The notes under the pieces: model-generated
The model's input: the letters and a program-made list of their open reading frames with translations, nothing else
Told to the model about the DNA's origin: nothing
The model's database searches: none
From: Minutocellus sp. GHC0000111
Lineage: Eukaryota
NCBI GenBank assembly: GCA_977018835.1
Contig: OZ361256.1
Span: 7,378,001-7,442,000 of the forward strand
Length of the DNA: 64,000 nt
Direction: 5' to 3'
Translations under genes and position numbers: made by a program
In this document: positions 24,909-36,111 of the stretch, piece by piece
Numbering within the stretch: the first letter of the stretch is position 1
Layout: each line of letters begins with the position of its first letter

Positions 24909-25499
24909 TCACACAAGATAACCCTTTGCCATGTTGAGAGATACGCCACGGCCAATATTTCCAGCCTCAACCCCACATGTATCCCGTTTCAATTTGTCCG
25001 ACCATTTCTGATGATTTTCCAACACACTCAGCAGTTCCTGTTCACCGGCGAGTGGAAGCACCGTAGATTTCTTGTCACTTCCAGTACTACTCGTATCAGC
25101 AATATCTTTGCTTGTCGCTACGCTTCCCTCCTTCCGATGAATTTTGGATCGACACCAAGTTGGCTTGACAGGAGTGCTTCCCGAGACCTTTCCAGACTTT
25201 TTACGAAGGCTTTTGTTAACGATCTTAATTGCAGTCATTGGCTGCATGTCCTTCACACTTCTCTTATGCTGTGCATCTTTTCCAGAGGAAATTGGTGCAT
25301 GTTGATCGCCATGCGCGTCATGGTGAGGAGAGTTCTCGTTCTGCATCTGATCCGTCTGGTCGTCGGTGGAAGAAGAATCTGAAGAGAGCGTTGAGACAGA
25401 CACAAACCGGTGATGCTGTGGATGGGACGGGCTGCAGATATCAATGCCAATGGCCTTCTCCGCGCTCTTGCTGCTGCTGCGGAACTTCATGGCACCCAA
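24909..25499 (-). CDS. Hypothetical low-complexity protein
   Basis: 196-aa ORF, no recognisable motif. Confidence 0.35.
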   Translation of the reverse strand: MGAMKFRSSSKSAEKAIGIDICSPSHPQHHRFVSVSTLSSDSSSTDDQTDQMQNENSPHHDAHGDQHAPISSGKDAQHKRSVKDMQPMTAIKIVNKSLRKKSGKVSGSTPVKPTWCRSKIHRKEGSVATSKDIADTSSTGSDKKSTVLPLAGEQELLSVLENHQKWSDKLKRDTCGVEAGNIGRGVSLNMAKGYLV

Positions 25500-25649
25500 T
25501 GCGCGTATGATGTCGTCTCTCCCCGTGCTCTCGGTTGATCGCCCATCATGTAGGCCTACTTCTTGCGCTGGCGCTGTGCCACAGATTTACTTGCCTTGTA
25601 CTTCAGCGAATGACTGTCGATTTTTTTAGTATGGCCAGAACACAAAAAA

Positions 25650-27217
25650 TTGTTCAATTCCCAACGCTCGGAGGTTACCAGCCATCGACTGAACTCCCTC
25701 CCGCGGCAACATTCGCAGAGTCGGAAGGGAACAGGAAATAGCACGGCCTATGATGGTGAGACCATTGAAACCATCCCGACAAAAGAGTTGAGGGGCCAAT
25801 CCTTTTCTACTTTTGGCCATCACCAGAATGACGGCCTCGACCGGTACGGTAACTATTCTCTCCCTGATCCCGGAGAGAAAGGTAGTCACAGTACATCAGT
25901 AACTGATGATATGGAGTCGGTAACGTCGTCAATATGTAGCAGAAGTGTGCGTATCAAGACCAAACGAAGAGGAGCGGAGACCAACGAAGTAGAACTCGAG
26001 ATGTTGCTTGAAGAGGAGAGCCTCAGTGGCAGTAGTAGCGGGAGTGAGGATGATTCAGAATTCTCAGTATCAGTAGTTCACGACGACGACGACGACGACG
26101 AAGGGGGAGTCGATGGTCTTCCTGGTGAAGTCGATGTTTCTGTAGGTGATAGTGGAAGTACAAGCACGTCGAGTACATCGAGTAGCGCATCCAGTCAGAT
26201 CACTTCAGCCAGATCTGAAGCTAGTAGCGTCGAGCATGAGAAAGACAACAACGAAGTACCTTCCGGCGGTGATAAAGGTACCGCTGCACCAGCAGCGAGT
26301 GTCAACGTTCGGATCGACAACAGGTCAAATTGTAGTGACAATTCCTATGATACCAGCGCCGACGGTGGTGAGGATATCAACGAAAGCGAGCCTCCACTTC
26401 CACAGGCTTCTCAGTCCGACGTTCACCAGTACAAAGAAGGAGCAGATAAGTACCATGCTCCCAAAACGTCGAGCGCGTCTGTGAGCGCAAGCAGTAGTAC
26501 TTCAGCCTCTAAAGATGCGTCTCACGCAAGAGGGGAAAGACTCGGGATAGAAGAGACCCTTCGACAAGGCCACCGCTGCCTTCTAATCCACGAAAATCCA
26601 ATGCATCCCAGCCGTCGCCAAGGCCCAGCTCTAAGCCACTCAACGAGAGCAAGAATGAGAACAGGAAGAGAGAGAAGGAATTGGAGAAGATCAGAAAGGT
26701 TGAATTGGACGTCCTTGGCCCAGTGAATTCGCCGATGCAGCAGAATACAAATTTTGTCCAAGACAAGGCACTAACAGAGAAGAAGTCTGGATTTGTCAAG
26801 GAGACGGTAGAAAATATGTTGGAGGCGGCATTCAGCCCCGATGGAGAAAATCTTCGTTCTTATGACCAAACAAATCAAAAAGGACGTACGTTCCGTCCCA
26901 AAATTCCATTTTTCGACTCGATGACCTCATCAAATGAGTCCGAGCAGAGCAGCGTCAAGGATTGGGCCGATGTCGAATCCTGGTGTAGCAGCGTGCAGGA
27001 GAATTCGACCAAGGATGTGTCCAGGTGGCAAAGACGAGTGAAGTACCCAAATAAGAAGAACAAAAAGGGTTGGTACGCGAAACCCGTCGAAGAGATCAAA
27101 AACAAGCAGGGGTACGAGGTGGACGTAGTCCAGCTCGGCCTAAAGAAAGGAGGTAAGGACAAGAATAAAGGCAAAGGCAAAGCGAAAGGAAAAGCCAAGA
27201 CGAAACAAAAGCGATAG
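25650..27217 (+). CDS. Hypothetical Ser/Asp/Glu-rich protein with Lys-rich C-terminus (probably frameshifted)
   Basis: ORFs 25650..26726 and 26681..27217 overlap in different frames. Confidence 0.45.
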
Positions 27218-27290
27218 ATCCCAGTGCAGGGTTCCTGGTAAGCTCCTGGTAAATTGCTACATACATGCGGATAAAGATAGATATTACAAT

Positions 27291-28511
27291 TCAGTGAACA
27301 TTCTGGCTACAATCGTACAGCAAATTTATCAAGGTATGAAATATCTTGGTTGGATCGGTCCGGCCACTCCCGTTCACTGCACGGAAGAGACGAGTCACGT
27401 CCAAATAGGATTCCAAAACTGTCACAACATCATCGCAGCGCTTCATGTATTTGGTGCGAAGATAATCCAGCCTCTCTGCCATAAAGTCGAGCTGTTCGTT
27501 GGTGTATGGTCGGAATGACTCACCCTCCCTGTGTGAGCTGGGATCGACCAGCCTTGTCTCCTTGGTCTTTCGGCGGCGGCTGGATCGCCGATGGAGACTA
27601 CCACCGAGATCACGGAGGCGAGTGCGAAGTCGTCGCTTGGTCGTGCCCTTTGTTTCCGCATCACTTCCTTCCTCGTTGGTAATATCCTTGTACTTGACGA
27701 TTCGTCTCCAAACGCAGGCGACCTTGCCCTCATCGAGCTCGACTGTGTCCACTCCCTCCGATTTATCAAGGAAGCGCGCAAGGGAATGCGCATGACTTGG
27801 ACCAAATAAATCATCGGTGATGCCTTCATATGTTACCACGAATCGATCGCCCTCCAACCCTCCGTTGGGGTAGGCATCGAGCCAATATTCTGTGTGCCGA
27901 GTCCATTCCTCCATTTGCTCAAAAAAGTTGTCGTTGCGCCACTGAATCCAGTCATCGAGGGGAGCACGTGTGCTGTGCTCCGCGATGCCATTTTGCTTTT
28001 CGTACAAGTGATTGTGATACGACGGGATGGCATCCTTGGGATGGCGCAATATGAGGAGGGCACGTGGAAAGTGAATCTTGTCGATGCTTGCAACGTCGAC
28101 GGTTTTCCTTGTTGGGAAGTGCGTTTTGACGGACACGACTTTGTGCCAATCTAGGCCATTGATGCGGCAATCGTCGGTAGTGGGAAGACCAGATAGAGCT
28201 GTAATGAGATTCCAGGAAAGCTTGGCACCTGAACCAGGGTACGATGCCGCCCAGGTGGGCTGGACCGAGTGTGGCGGGTTCGTGGGACGCTTGATCTCAC
28301 AGCCGCCACCATTGGGATCGAAATCATACTGCTGATCAATGCTGGCAAGACGCCTTCCGATGCCACCACGCTGAGAATTGGATCGAAAGGGGACAAGTGA
28401 TATTTCCAGCAAGCCAAGAGCCAACGCCCCGGCAAGAGCGGTGCAGATGGCCAACTTGGTAGTGCCACCATTGATTGGTCTTTTTCTCTTCATCCCTGCT
28501 GTGGCGGTCAT
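27291..28511 (-). CDS. Type II membrane sulfotransferase-like protein (WSCD-like P-loop domain)
   Basis: N-terminal TM anchor; ASYPGSG (5'-PSB), VKTHFP, LILRHPKDAIPSY (3'-PB), VTYE. Confidence 0.8.
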   Translation of the reverse strand: MTATAGMKRKRPINGGTTKLAICTALAGALALGLLEISLVPFRSNSQRGGIGRRLASIDQQYDFDPNGGGCEIKRPTNPPHSVQPTWAASYPGSGAKLSWNLITALSGLPTTDDCRINGLDWHKVVSVKTHFPTRKTVDVASIDKIHFPRALLILRHPKDAIPSYHNHLYEKQNGIAEHSTRAPLDDWIQWRNDNFFEQMEEWTRHTEYWLDAYPNGGLEGDRFVVTYEGITDDLFGPSHAHSLARFLDKSEGVDTVELDEGKVACVWRRIVKYKDITNEEGSDAETKGTTKRRLRTRLRDLGGSLHRRSSRRRKTKETRLVDPSSHREGESFRPYTNEQLDFMAERLDYLRTKYMKRCDDVVTVLESYLDVTRLFRAVNGSGRTDPTKIFHTLINLLYDCSQNVH

Positions 28512-28846
28512 CTTTGGATGTGCTTGGGCGCGGCGGGCACAAAGAAATTGAATTGAATTGAAGGAAAGCAGGTGATGTGCTCAGATAATCTTACAGTGTA
28601 CCTGGTTCCTTGGGATAGCAACAATACAGATGCAATCAGTTTGTATCCTGATATCGACAAGCATATTATCTTTTCCCCGGTCTTCGTCTTCGGACAACAC
28701 TCCTCAACCGAATTTTCCCCTTTAAAAGCCTCAACTCTTACATTAGAGGAGTAATTACAACCGCACATCATGTGCTGGTATTGAAGAGGTCAGATACGGC
28801 CCCTAAACGACGCGCTGACCTGACAAAATAGAGCAAATACACCGCC

Positions 28847-30337
28847 ATGCCCACCATCAAGGGAACCGGTTCCATTGCCGACGATCGGGCTCGGACGAAA
28901 CTGGTCCGGTCCACCAAATTCCCTCCCAACTTCTCACGCAAGGTGGACACAACACGCGTCCACCGGGCCATCCTCACGCAGTGGATCGAGGATCGCATCA
29001 CTGCCCTCCTGGGGGGGTTTGAGGATGAGATCGTTCAGAGCATGGCGGTGAATTTGTTCTTGCCACCGGTGCCGGAGGATGGGGCACCGCCGGCTGCGGT
29101 CGACCCCAAGCTGGCGCAGGTCGACCTCGCGGCGTTTCTGGGCGAGAAGGAGGCGGCCATCTTTTGTCGGGAGTTGTGGGAGCTGCTCCTCGATGCGCAG
29201 GACAATGCCGGCGGCATTCCTAGGAAATTGCTGGAGGCCAAGAAGGCGGAAATGGCCAAGGAGAGAGAGCAGCAGCAGGCTCAGGCTCGGGCCAGTGCCG
29301 CCGCCGCAGGTGCAAGGAGGGGCTTCAGCGCAGGTCCTGCCGCTGCGGCTGCCGCGGCGGCAGCTGGTCCGCCGCCAGATGTGAATCAAATGATTGCCGA
29401 GGCGAGATCCCGTGCTGAAGCAGCTCGACAACTTCTCGCGGGTGGACCCGATGGTATTCTGGCCGCGGAAGCAGCGGCGGCGGCTGCGCCACCTCCGGTT
29501 GCCGAGGTGGTGGCACCACGAGTTGACGTGGAACCTGCTGCTGCTCGTCCCGTGAGTCCACAAGCCCTTCCGGAGGATGACAATGCCAAGGAAGAAGGGA
29601 AGCAGAATGGAAATGAGCAGAGCTCACCGTCGCGGGGAGGTAGGAGAGATGATGATGGTCGTCGGGGTGGCGATAATGGCAGGAGGAGAGATTACAGTGG
29701 ACGCGATTACTACATTGACCGCCGTCGAGATGGTGGTGATCGATATGGCGGCTACGGGGGCGGAGGCAGGGACTACTATCGAGGTGATGGCAGAGACCGG
29801 CGATATGATGGACGTTACGATGATGGTTCTCGTCATTATCGTCACCACCACTCGAGCCGATATCCTGACGACCGAAGGCGGGGCCGCAGGGGTGATGATC
29901 ATGGAAGGCGAAGAGATGAGTCGAGGAGAAGGCGTCGGAGCAGATCCAGAGAACGCAGGGATCGAAGGAGGCGGCACCGGTCGCGTTCTCCTCGGTCTCG
30001 GAGCAGAAGCTATGACCGCAAGACCAAACGTCGGGATAGTGGTGGTCGGAGCAGCAAGTCGGACAGGAGCCGATCGCGCAGCCGCTCGAGGAGCCAAAGC
30101 CGATCGCGCAGTCAAAGTGTAGATAGCTTCGATCGTGCAGTTTGTCGCCCCGCGGATAAGTCGGCAAAGGACGATGATGGCAGCCGTTCCGCTTCGCGAT
30201 CAAGATCGGCTTCCAGATCGAGTTCACCCGACGCTGGTCGCAGGCGTACCCGTAGCGCGAGCAGAAGCCGCTCAGGAAGCAACAGTAGAAGCAGGAGCCG
30301 GTCCAGAGCAAGTAGCAGTGCAAGTCGAAGCAGATAA
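28847..30337 (+). CDS. PWI-domain Ser/Arg-rich splicing protein (SRRM1/SRm160-like)
   Basis: KFPPNFSRKVD...QWIEDRITALLG.FEDEIV...DPKLAQVDL..FLG..AAIFCRELWELLLDAQ...GIP; RS-repeat tail. Confidence 0.9.
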   Translation: MPTIKGTGSIADDRARTKLVRSTKFPPNFSRKVDTTRVHRAILTQWIEDRITALLGGFEDEIVQSMAVNLFLPPVPEDGAPPAAVDPKLAQVDLAAFLGEKEAAIFCRELWELLLDAQDNAGGIPRKLLEAKKAEMAKEREQQQAQARASAAAAGARRGFSAGPAAAAAAAAAGPPPDVNQMIAEARSRAEAARQLLAGGPDGILAAEAAAAAAPPPVAEVVAPRVDVEPAAARPVSPQALPEDDNAKEEGKQNGNEQSSPSRGGRRDDDGRRGGDNGRRRDYSGRDYYIDRRRDGGDRYGGYGGGGRDYYRGDGRDRRYDGRYDDGSRHYRHHHSSRYPDDRRRGRRGDDHGRRRDESRRRRRSRSRERRDRRRRHRSRSPRSRSRSYDRKTKRRDSGGRSSKSDRSRSRSRSRSQSRSRSQSVDSFDRAVCRPADKSAKDDDGSRSASRSRSASRSSSPDAGRRRTRSASRSRSGSNSRSRSRSRASSSASRSR

Positions 30338-30483
30338 GTGAATCGACGCGCACATTTTATCATACCGAAGCACATAAGGTTTCCGTCTATGTCTTAAACT
30401 ACTAATATTTACAAATCAAGGGAAACATATTCATGCCAAGGTTCCTTTATACTAATATTGAAATATCAGCATATGCCATTATT

Positions 30484-30852
30484 TCATCCCCATGCCTCCT
30501 GAAGGCTATAGTGGACGACGAGCTCACCCCGGACGCTGAAGCACTCGTCCAAATCGCCCACTAATTGATCAGGAGACGGCACGAAACAATTGATGTACAG
30601 GAAGAGCGAGCTGCCCGTCCCCGATAGCTTCAGCATCTTGCGCAAGAATGCAATGACCGAGGTGAACCGCTGATCGGACGCAATGGCAAACTTGGTCTTC
30701 TTCATCAATGGCGCCGAACCGACTGGAACAAAGTGTATCTTTGTCTTTCTGCGCTTTGGTGGAGCAGCGGCAGCGGCGGCCGGTGCTGGTGCTGGTGCCG
30801 CAGCAGCGGAAGCCGACGCAGGTGCATCCTGCTCCTCGGACTTGTTGACCAT
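30484..30852 (-). CDS. ATG12: Ubiquitin-like autophagy protein ATG12
   Basis: KIHFVPVGSAPLMKKTKF...FLRKML...SLFLYIN.FVPSPD..VGDL.ECF....ELVVHYS..EAWG (C-terminal AWG). Confidence 0.95.
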   Translation of the reverse strand: MVNKSEEQDAPASASAAAAPAPAPAAAAAAPPKRRKTKIHFVPVGSAPLMKKTKFAIASDQRFTSVIAFLRKMLKLSGTGSSLFLYINCFVPSPDQLVGDLDECFSVRGELVVHYSLQEAWG

Positions 30853-31180
30853 GATGCCGTCACCGCGGAAAAAGCTACATGAACAGTCACTGGCCGATCG
30901 TAGCGAGAGCGTACATGTAGATAAAATCAAAGAGCAAGCGGAATACTTTTGCTAATATGGCCAGGACCGATTCGGTAGGAACTTGCTCCTGACAACATTT
31001 GGCTATCCCAAGCGTAAGCAAGGCCCTTGGCTATCCCAACTTCTTATTCCGGGTGTCTCAGAGCGATGCACTTGCTTTGCAATTTGAAATTGGATTTATT
31101 ATCAAAATTGTACATTCCTCAATTGCTAACTTTAGACACTCTTATGCGATACCCTCCTATTCCTCTTCTTTATGTTTATG

Positions 31181-32782
31181 TTATCTCAACACATCCGCAC
31201 AATTGAGCCTTGCAAGATATATGGCGCATGTCCAGTAGTACAAAACAAAATCAAGCTTGTTGGCTTCCCACAGTACATCGAAAACATCCGAGTTCAACTC
31301 AGCCGATGCATCATTGTTTTGAACTTTGCCCATGTTGATCACATGAGTCTTCTCGAAATTGGTCCATCCCAACAAGTGTTGCAGTGGCTCATGGTGTTCA
31401 TCGAATAATTCCATTGGTATAGCCAGGTCAAATTTGGCAAGGGTCTCCACGGCCTTCTCAAAGGATTGTCGCCACACTTGTTCGTCTTGAGTATTCTCAA
31501 TCTCACGGATAGTTGCTTCGTTCTTGACTCCACCCTTCAAATGTTGTTCGGCATTGATTTGAAGATTTGTCACTGGAAGCTGGCCGCCACTGAATTTCCA
31601 TGTCGCAAAGTTGTACCGTCCAACATTTCCAGCGAAATCATCGCTCAGCATCTTCCATCTACTCGCTCTACGGCCACGTCGCTGCAGGAATTCCTCCAGC
31701 GTTGGCTTTTCCTCGGCTGGATTGTTCAATATCCCCCAGAACTTGTAGGCCGACAGGAGACGATTGATTGGATTCCTAATCGTCGTCAAAAAGAGTAAGT
31801 AAATACCACCACTGTTCTTCCCCGCCAAGTCCAAATCACTCATCATCTGAAGCTCTAGGAAATCATGGTTGAAGGGCTCCCACTCGTTTGACACAAGTCT
31901 GTGCGGCTTTTCGAGGAAATATTTGACGAGTTTTTCTCTGGACCAAGAGCCCACTCTAGCATCTGGCATGCCTGGTTCACTTGGCATACAATAATATCTT
32001 GGAATCTCTTCCTTGGGCATGTTGGCCTTGGCCATTGTACAAAAGCTGGTACCACCCGCCTTGCTTAGGTGTTCGTAATAGACTGCAACTTTGTTGTGAT
32101 TGCTTGTCTTGTACCCATTTGCATTGCCATTATCCTGCCGGTACCATTCTGAAGATTGCAACAATGGACGTTCCGGTAACCATTCAATCAAGTCATCCCC
32201 ACTCCATGGACACTGACCCTTTCGCAGCTCAGCAAAATGAAATGGATCCACCAATGGCGGTGACGATGACGTTCCCTCCAGCATTGCCCGCAGATCATTG
32301 GTTGGCATTCGCGCCAGACCCATCAAGGTTTCCACGATCTGATCAATGGATGCCGCCCTAACTCCAGACTCATTCTTGCGCGCCGCTTTCCTTTCGTCGT
32401 GCCGTTTCCGTAAATCCAGCGCTTTGTTTGCATTTGTAGCGCTCTGCTCATTCGAATTACGTTGCGCGGCATTGCCAGCACCACCACGGAGACCACCACC
32501 TCTGCTCGAACCCGCATCGGAGCCGTTATCGATCTCCAGCGTCGCGTCTTGTCTCAGCACTCGCGCCGTTATAGTAAGCCAAACGAATATGGCAACCACG
32601 ATGAAGGTCGTAAAGGCACAAACAAGTACAAACGTTTGGGAACAGGCAGTGCCACATGGTGCTTTTGATCGTTTCCTCCGAGTACGCCTCCTCCTGTCTC
32701 TGGTCGAGCCGGTTCTGCTGCTGCGAGTTCGGCGTGCAGTTCCATTCTCCTGATGAGTAACAGGTGGCCTACGCGATATCAT
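31181..32782 (-). CDS. Golgi-type sulfotransferase family 2-like protein
   Basis: TM anchor; YYEHLSKAGGTSF (5'-PSB) and TTIRNPINRLLSAY (3'-PB); NKLDFVLY. Confidence 0.8.
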   Translation of the reverse strand: MISRRPPVTHQENGTARRTRSSRTGSTRDRRRRTRRKRSKAPCGTACSQTFVLVCAFTTFIVVAIFVWLTITARVLRQDATLEIDNGSDAGSSRGGGLRGGAGNAAQRNSNEQSATNANKALDLRKRHDERKAARKNESGVRAASIDQIVETLMGLARMPTNDLRAMLEGTSSSPPLVDPFHFAELRKGQCPWSGDDLIEWLPERPLLQSSEWYRQDNGNANGYKTSNHNKVAVYYEHLSKAGGTSFCTMAKANMPKEEIPRYYCMPSEPGMPDARVGSWSREKLVKYFLEKPHRLVSNEWEPFNHDFLELQMMSDLDLAGKNSGGIYLLFLTTIRNPINRLLSAYKFWGILNNPAEEKPTLEEFLQRRGRRASRWKMLSDDFAGNVGRYNFATWKFSGGQLPVTNLQINAEQHLKGGVKNEATIREIENTQDEQVWRQSFEKAVETLAKFDLAIPMELFDEHHEPLQHLLGWTNFEKTHVINMGKVQNNDASAELNSDVFDVLWEANKLDFVLYYWTCAIYLARLNCADVLR

Positions 32783-33169
32783 ATTGACATGGTATTGTAA
32801 GTAAGCTCAGCAATAACAATAAGCGTACCGTTGGGCAGCATGCAACGGCGGATGACGAGATCGAGCATGAGGGCGAAGCTTTCTTTCTGATGGATCTGAC
32901 GTGTCGGTAAGTTAACCACGGCCTCTTCGTCATCAGCGTTGCTGTTTTGCTCTTTGTTCGGCAGTCGGCATTGCTCTTTGGCACGCCATAGGGTAATTGT
33001 ACATTCGGGCCCTGAATTTATGCGCCCTACTCTCTTGTCGGGGGATCGTACCATTTTATTGAGCGGATAGCAATCGACGTTTAGAACATCTTTGTTCCAT
33101 TTCAACCAGCACAAAAAACGAAACCACGGTCTCGATCTCGTACCGCGCCAACCAAAGAAACGAGCAAAC

Positions 33170-35050
33170 ATGCTGAACCAAACCACCACCGGCATGTACA
33201 GCCTCGGATATCTGGCGGGACAGCACTGCCACGATGCGTACCAGTCCCTGGTTGATACGGTGGCATCGTCGCCTCTTCGTTACCTCTCAGTTGGCAATGC
33301 CGCGTCCGGTGCCTCGTCGGCATCTCACATCATTTTTGCCCTTCCGGAACAGTACCGCTCGTGGTGGATCGCACTGATTCGAGAAGATCCTGTTCATGTG
33401 ATTATCGAAACGGTCCTCATTGCCTTTGTGGTGTACATGCTGGTGTGGAGACGGTACAGCCAAAGGGCCGGAGAGAAGAGAGAGAGGCTCACCGATGCCG
33501 AACGGGCCGAACTGCTGAGGGAATGGAAGGAGACTGGCCGAGCGGGGCTGGTACCCACCACAGACAGTGCCAATGGCAATGATGATGCAAAGAGAAGAAT
33601 CGGCACTGGTGTTGTGGTGGAAAAGGTTCATGGGTCGAAGATGACTATTCTTCTGGATGTCAACAGGGGCAGGAATACGTCCTCCTCCTCCAATTCCCTC
33701 AACACCTCCCGTCGCGGCTCGCCACGGTCCAAGTCCCCTAGTGAGCGGCAACGGATGACGGTGCTCAACTTTGCCACTCACGACTTTCTGGGCATGGCAT
33801 CTTCTGATGATGGCGATGGTGTATCCAGCGCTGATGCTGGTGCAGCAGGGCCAGCCGCTGCTGCCTCTGCATCATCTTCCTCCTCTGTTGCCTCGGCCGG
33901 AGCGGCAGTATCGAAAACAGACGAAGCATCGTCGGCACTATTGCCAACGACGTCGGTCAAGGGAGCTGCCCGGGCTGCTTTGGCCCGATATGGCTGCGGC
34001 TCGTGTGGTCCCCGCGGCTTTTACGGCACCATCGACGCCCACCTGGACCTTGAGGATGCCATCGCGGATCACATGCGGACGGACGGTGCCATCATGTACT
34101 CGGACGGTGCCTCGGCGGCCACCTCGACCGTGGCGGCCTTTGCCAAGCGTGGCGACCTGCTCGTTGTCGATGAGGCCATCTACGAGGCTCTCAACACCGG
34201 CGTGACGCTGAGCCGGGCCAAAGTGGTGTACTTTCGGCACAATGACGTGGAGGATCTGCGCAGCGTTCTTGAGAGGATCCGCGAAACGGACCTCCGTCTC
34301 AAGCGCAATTCGTCCGATCAGCGACGGTTCATTGTGGTGGAGGGCCTGTATAAGAACCGTGGTACTGTCCCACCGCTAGACGAAATTGCCAAGATTAAGG
34401 CTGAATTCTGCTATCGCCTCATTGTGGACGAATCGTTCTCGTTTGGCACACTCGGTCCCAATGGACGAGGCGCACTTGAACATTATGGCCTCACTCCAAT
34501 GGTCGATGCAGAGATCATTACTCTGAGCTTGGAGAACTCCATTGGATCCATCGGTGGTGTATGCGTCGGTAGTGAGGAAGTTGTGGACCACCAGCGTCTT
34601 TCTGGTGCTGGATATTGCTTCTCGGCGTCGGCCCCACCTTTCCTTGCCAGTGCCGCAATCGCCAGTCTCAAGCGCATCAGGAATAATCCAGCGCTTTTTG
34701 ACAGTGTGCGGAAAAATAGAGAAGTCATGTATCGCGCCCTTCGTGCCTCGTCCTTTCCTTTGGAGGTTGTCAGCGATGACTTGTCGGCAATGATTTTCCT
34801 TGAGCTACCTAAACAAGATGCTGATAAGTCTGTTGAGGAACAGGTGCAAATATTGGACGATATTCGGGACAAATGCCTCCGTCAGGGCGTGGCAATCGTT
34901 TCGACTGGTGACTACATTATGAACAATTTGCACAGTCCTCCTCCTCCAGCGTTAAGACTTACTGTTTCGGCTGTTCACACCGAAGATGAGGTGAAAAAGG
35001 CTGTGCAGGTGTTGAAGGATGCGACGGTCCATGTTCTTGGAAAGAGATGA
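33170..35050 (+). CDS. LCB1: Serine palmitoyltransferase long-chain base subunit 1
   Basis: NFATHDFLG, YGCGSCGPRGFYGTIDAHLDLE, FRHND, DESFSFG, SLENSIGSIGG (no PLP Lys, as expected for LCB1), QRLSGAGYCFSASAPP. Confidence 0.93.
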   Translation: MLNQTTTGMYSLGYLAGQHCHDAYQSLVDTVASSPLRYLSVGNAASGASSASHIIFALPEQYRSWWIALIREDPVHVIIETVLIAFVVYMLVWRRYSQRAGEKRERLTDAERAELLREWKETGRAGLVPTTDSANGNDDAKRRIGTGVVVEKVHGSKMTILLDVNRGRNTSSSSNSLNTSRRGSPRSKSPSERQRMTVLNFATHDFLGMASSDDGDGVSSADAGAAGPAAAASASSSSSVASAGAAVSKTDEASSALLPTTSVKGAARAALARYGCGSCGPRGFYGTIDAHLDLEDAIADHMRTDGAIMYSDGASAATSTVAAFAKRGDLLVVDEAIYEALNTGVTLSRAKVVYFRHNDVEDLRSVLERIRETDLRLKRNSSDQRRFIVVEGLYKNRGTVPPLDEIAKIKAEFCYRLIVDESFSFGTLGPNGRGALEHYGLTPMVDAEIITLSLENSIGSIGGVCVGSEEVVDHQRLSGAGYCFSASAPPFLASAAIASLKRIRNNPALFDSVRKNREVMYRALRASSFPLEVVSDDLSAMIFLELPKQDADKSVEEQVQILDDIRDKCLRQGVAIVSTGDYIMNNLHSPPPPALRLTVSAVHTEDEVKKAVQVLKDATVHVLGKR

Positions 35051-35144
35051 TAACTAACTCAATTTCTAACATGGATGTAGAGGCACACTAGTAGGCACAT
35101 TGCATTACCAATACATAGAGAACATTTAAATGTAAATATTTCCT

Positions 35145-35981
35145 TCACTTTTCCGACAGCCTGTTTGCAAGCTGCTCAATTGTAACAACTCGATCTCGAA
35201 CCTCGTTCCATCTGCTTCCACCATCCTCCTCCTTCAACGAGGTCTCGAGGTGCATCCGCTCTTCGTCGTCCTCGACAAGAAACAAATGCACATTGGATAT
35301 CGGCAAGGACGTCGATGTGTCCACATTGGACTGCAATATCAACCCGGTCCAACCATAATGCCCGGCCAATGCCACACTGTTCAACCAAAAGGCTCCACTG
35401 TTGACATTGCCTCTCTCTGTCCTCAACTTTGGTATGGATCCGGACAAGTCTGACCGATCGACACCTAAATGCCCAGAGCGAATGACTGCGGCCAAATTGT
35501 CCACGGCAAGCGTTCTCGGAGTTGAAGGCGATCGCACGGCAAGTGGATTGCCAGTACCGTGGTGCTTGTACCTGCCCAGATGAGATTTGATTGTATCGAT
35601 CTGTTTCTGACGTTTTGGGTCGATCCGAGGTGGAGTCCGAGGTGATCGGCTCAATGCTGGTCGGGCTCGCGGTGATGGTGCCGACGGAGACGGAGATGGC
35701 GCGCCAGATGCCACATCCTCGCTGTCGACCATCAACCTCCGTCTGCTCGTGGCCCTGCCAGCCCCCATCTGATCAACGAAGCAGGAGCCAGAAACCGAAG
35801 CCGCCGATGGCGCTGGAGGTGGTGTCGCATGAGCCGCAGCGACGGCGACGCCATGGTGATGTCCAAAGAGAGCAGCGAGGCCAGCGCCGACGCCGCGTCG
35901 TGCGCTCCTCTTTCTCTTGACCCTGGACGCAATACTGCTCCCCGGCGGGGATGATGGTCGATCTTGCTCCGTTGATGCCAT
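35145..35981 (-). CDS. Hypothetical protein
   Basis: 278-aa ATG-initiated ORF with low-complexity N-half and globular-looking C-half; no family recognised. Confidence 0.5.
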   Translation of the reverse strand: MASTEQDRPSSPPGSSIASRVKRKRSARRGVGAGLAALFGHHHGVAVAAAHATPPPAPSAASVSGSCFVDQMGAGRATSRRRLMVDSEDVASGAPSPSPSAPSPRARPALSRSPRTPPRIDPKRQKQIDTIKSHLGRYKHHGTGNPLAVRSPSTPRTLAVDNLAAVIRSGHLGVDRSDLSGSIPKLRTERGNVNSGAFWLNSVALAGHYGWTGLILQSNVDTSTSLPISNVHLFLVEDDEERMHLETSLKEEDGGSRWNEVRDRVVTIEQLANRLSEK

Positions 35982-36111
35982 CTTGCAATCTGCTTACATA
36001 GGCCTACATACATGCACGCTTCCCTTGCTTGTTCTTCGACTGTTGTTGGTTGTTGGCGCTTCGCTGGTTTTCTCGTACGGTACGTACTCAAACACTCAAA
36101 CGCTCATTTTT

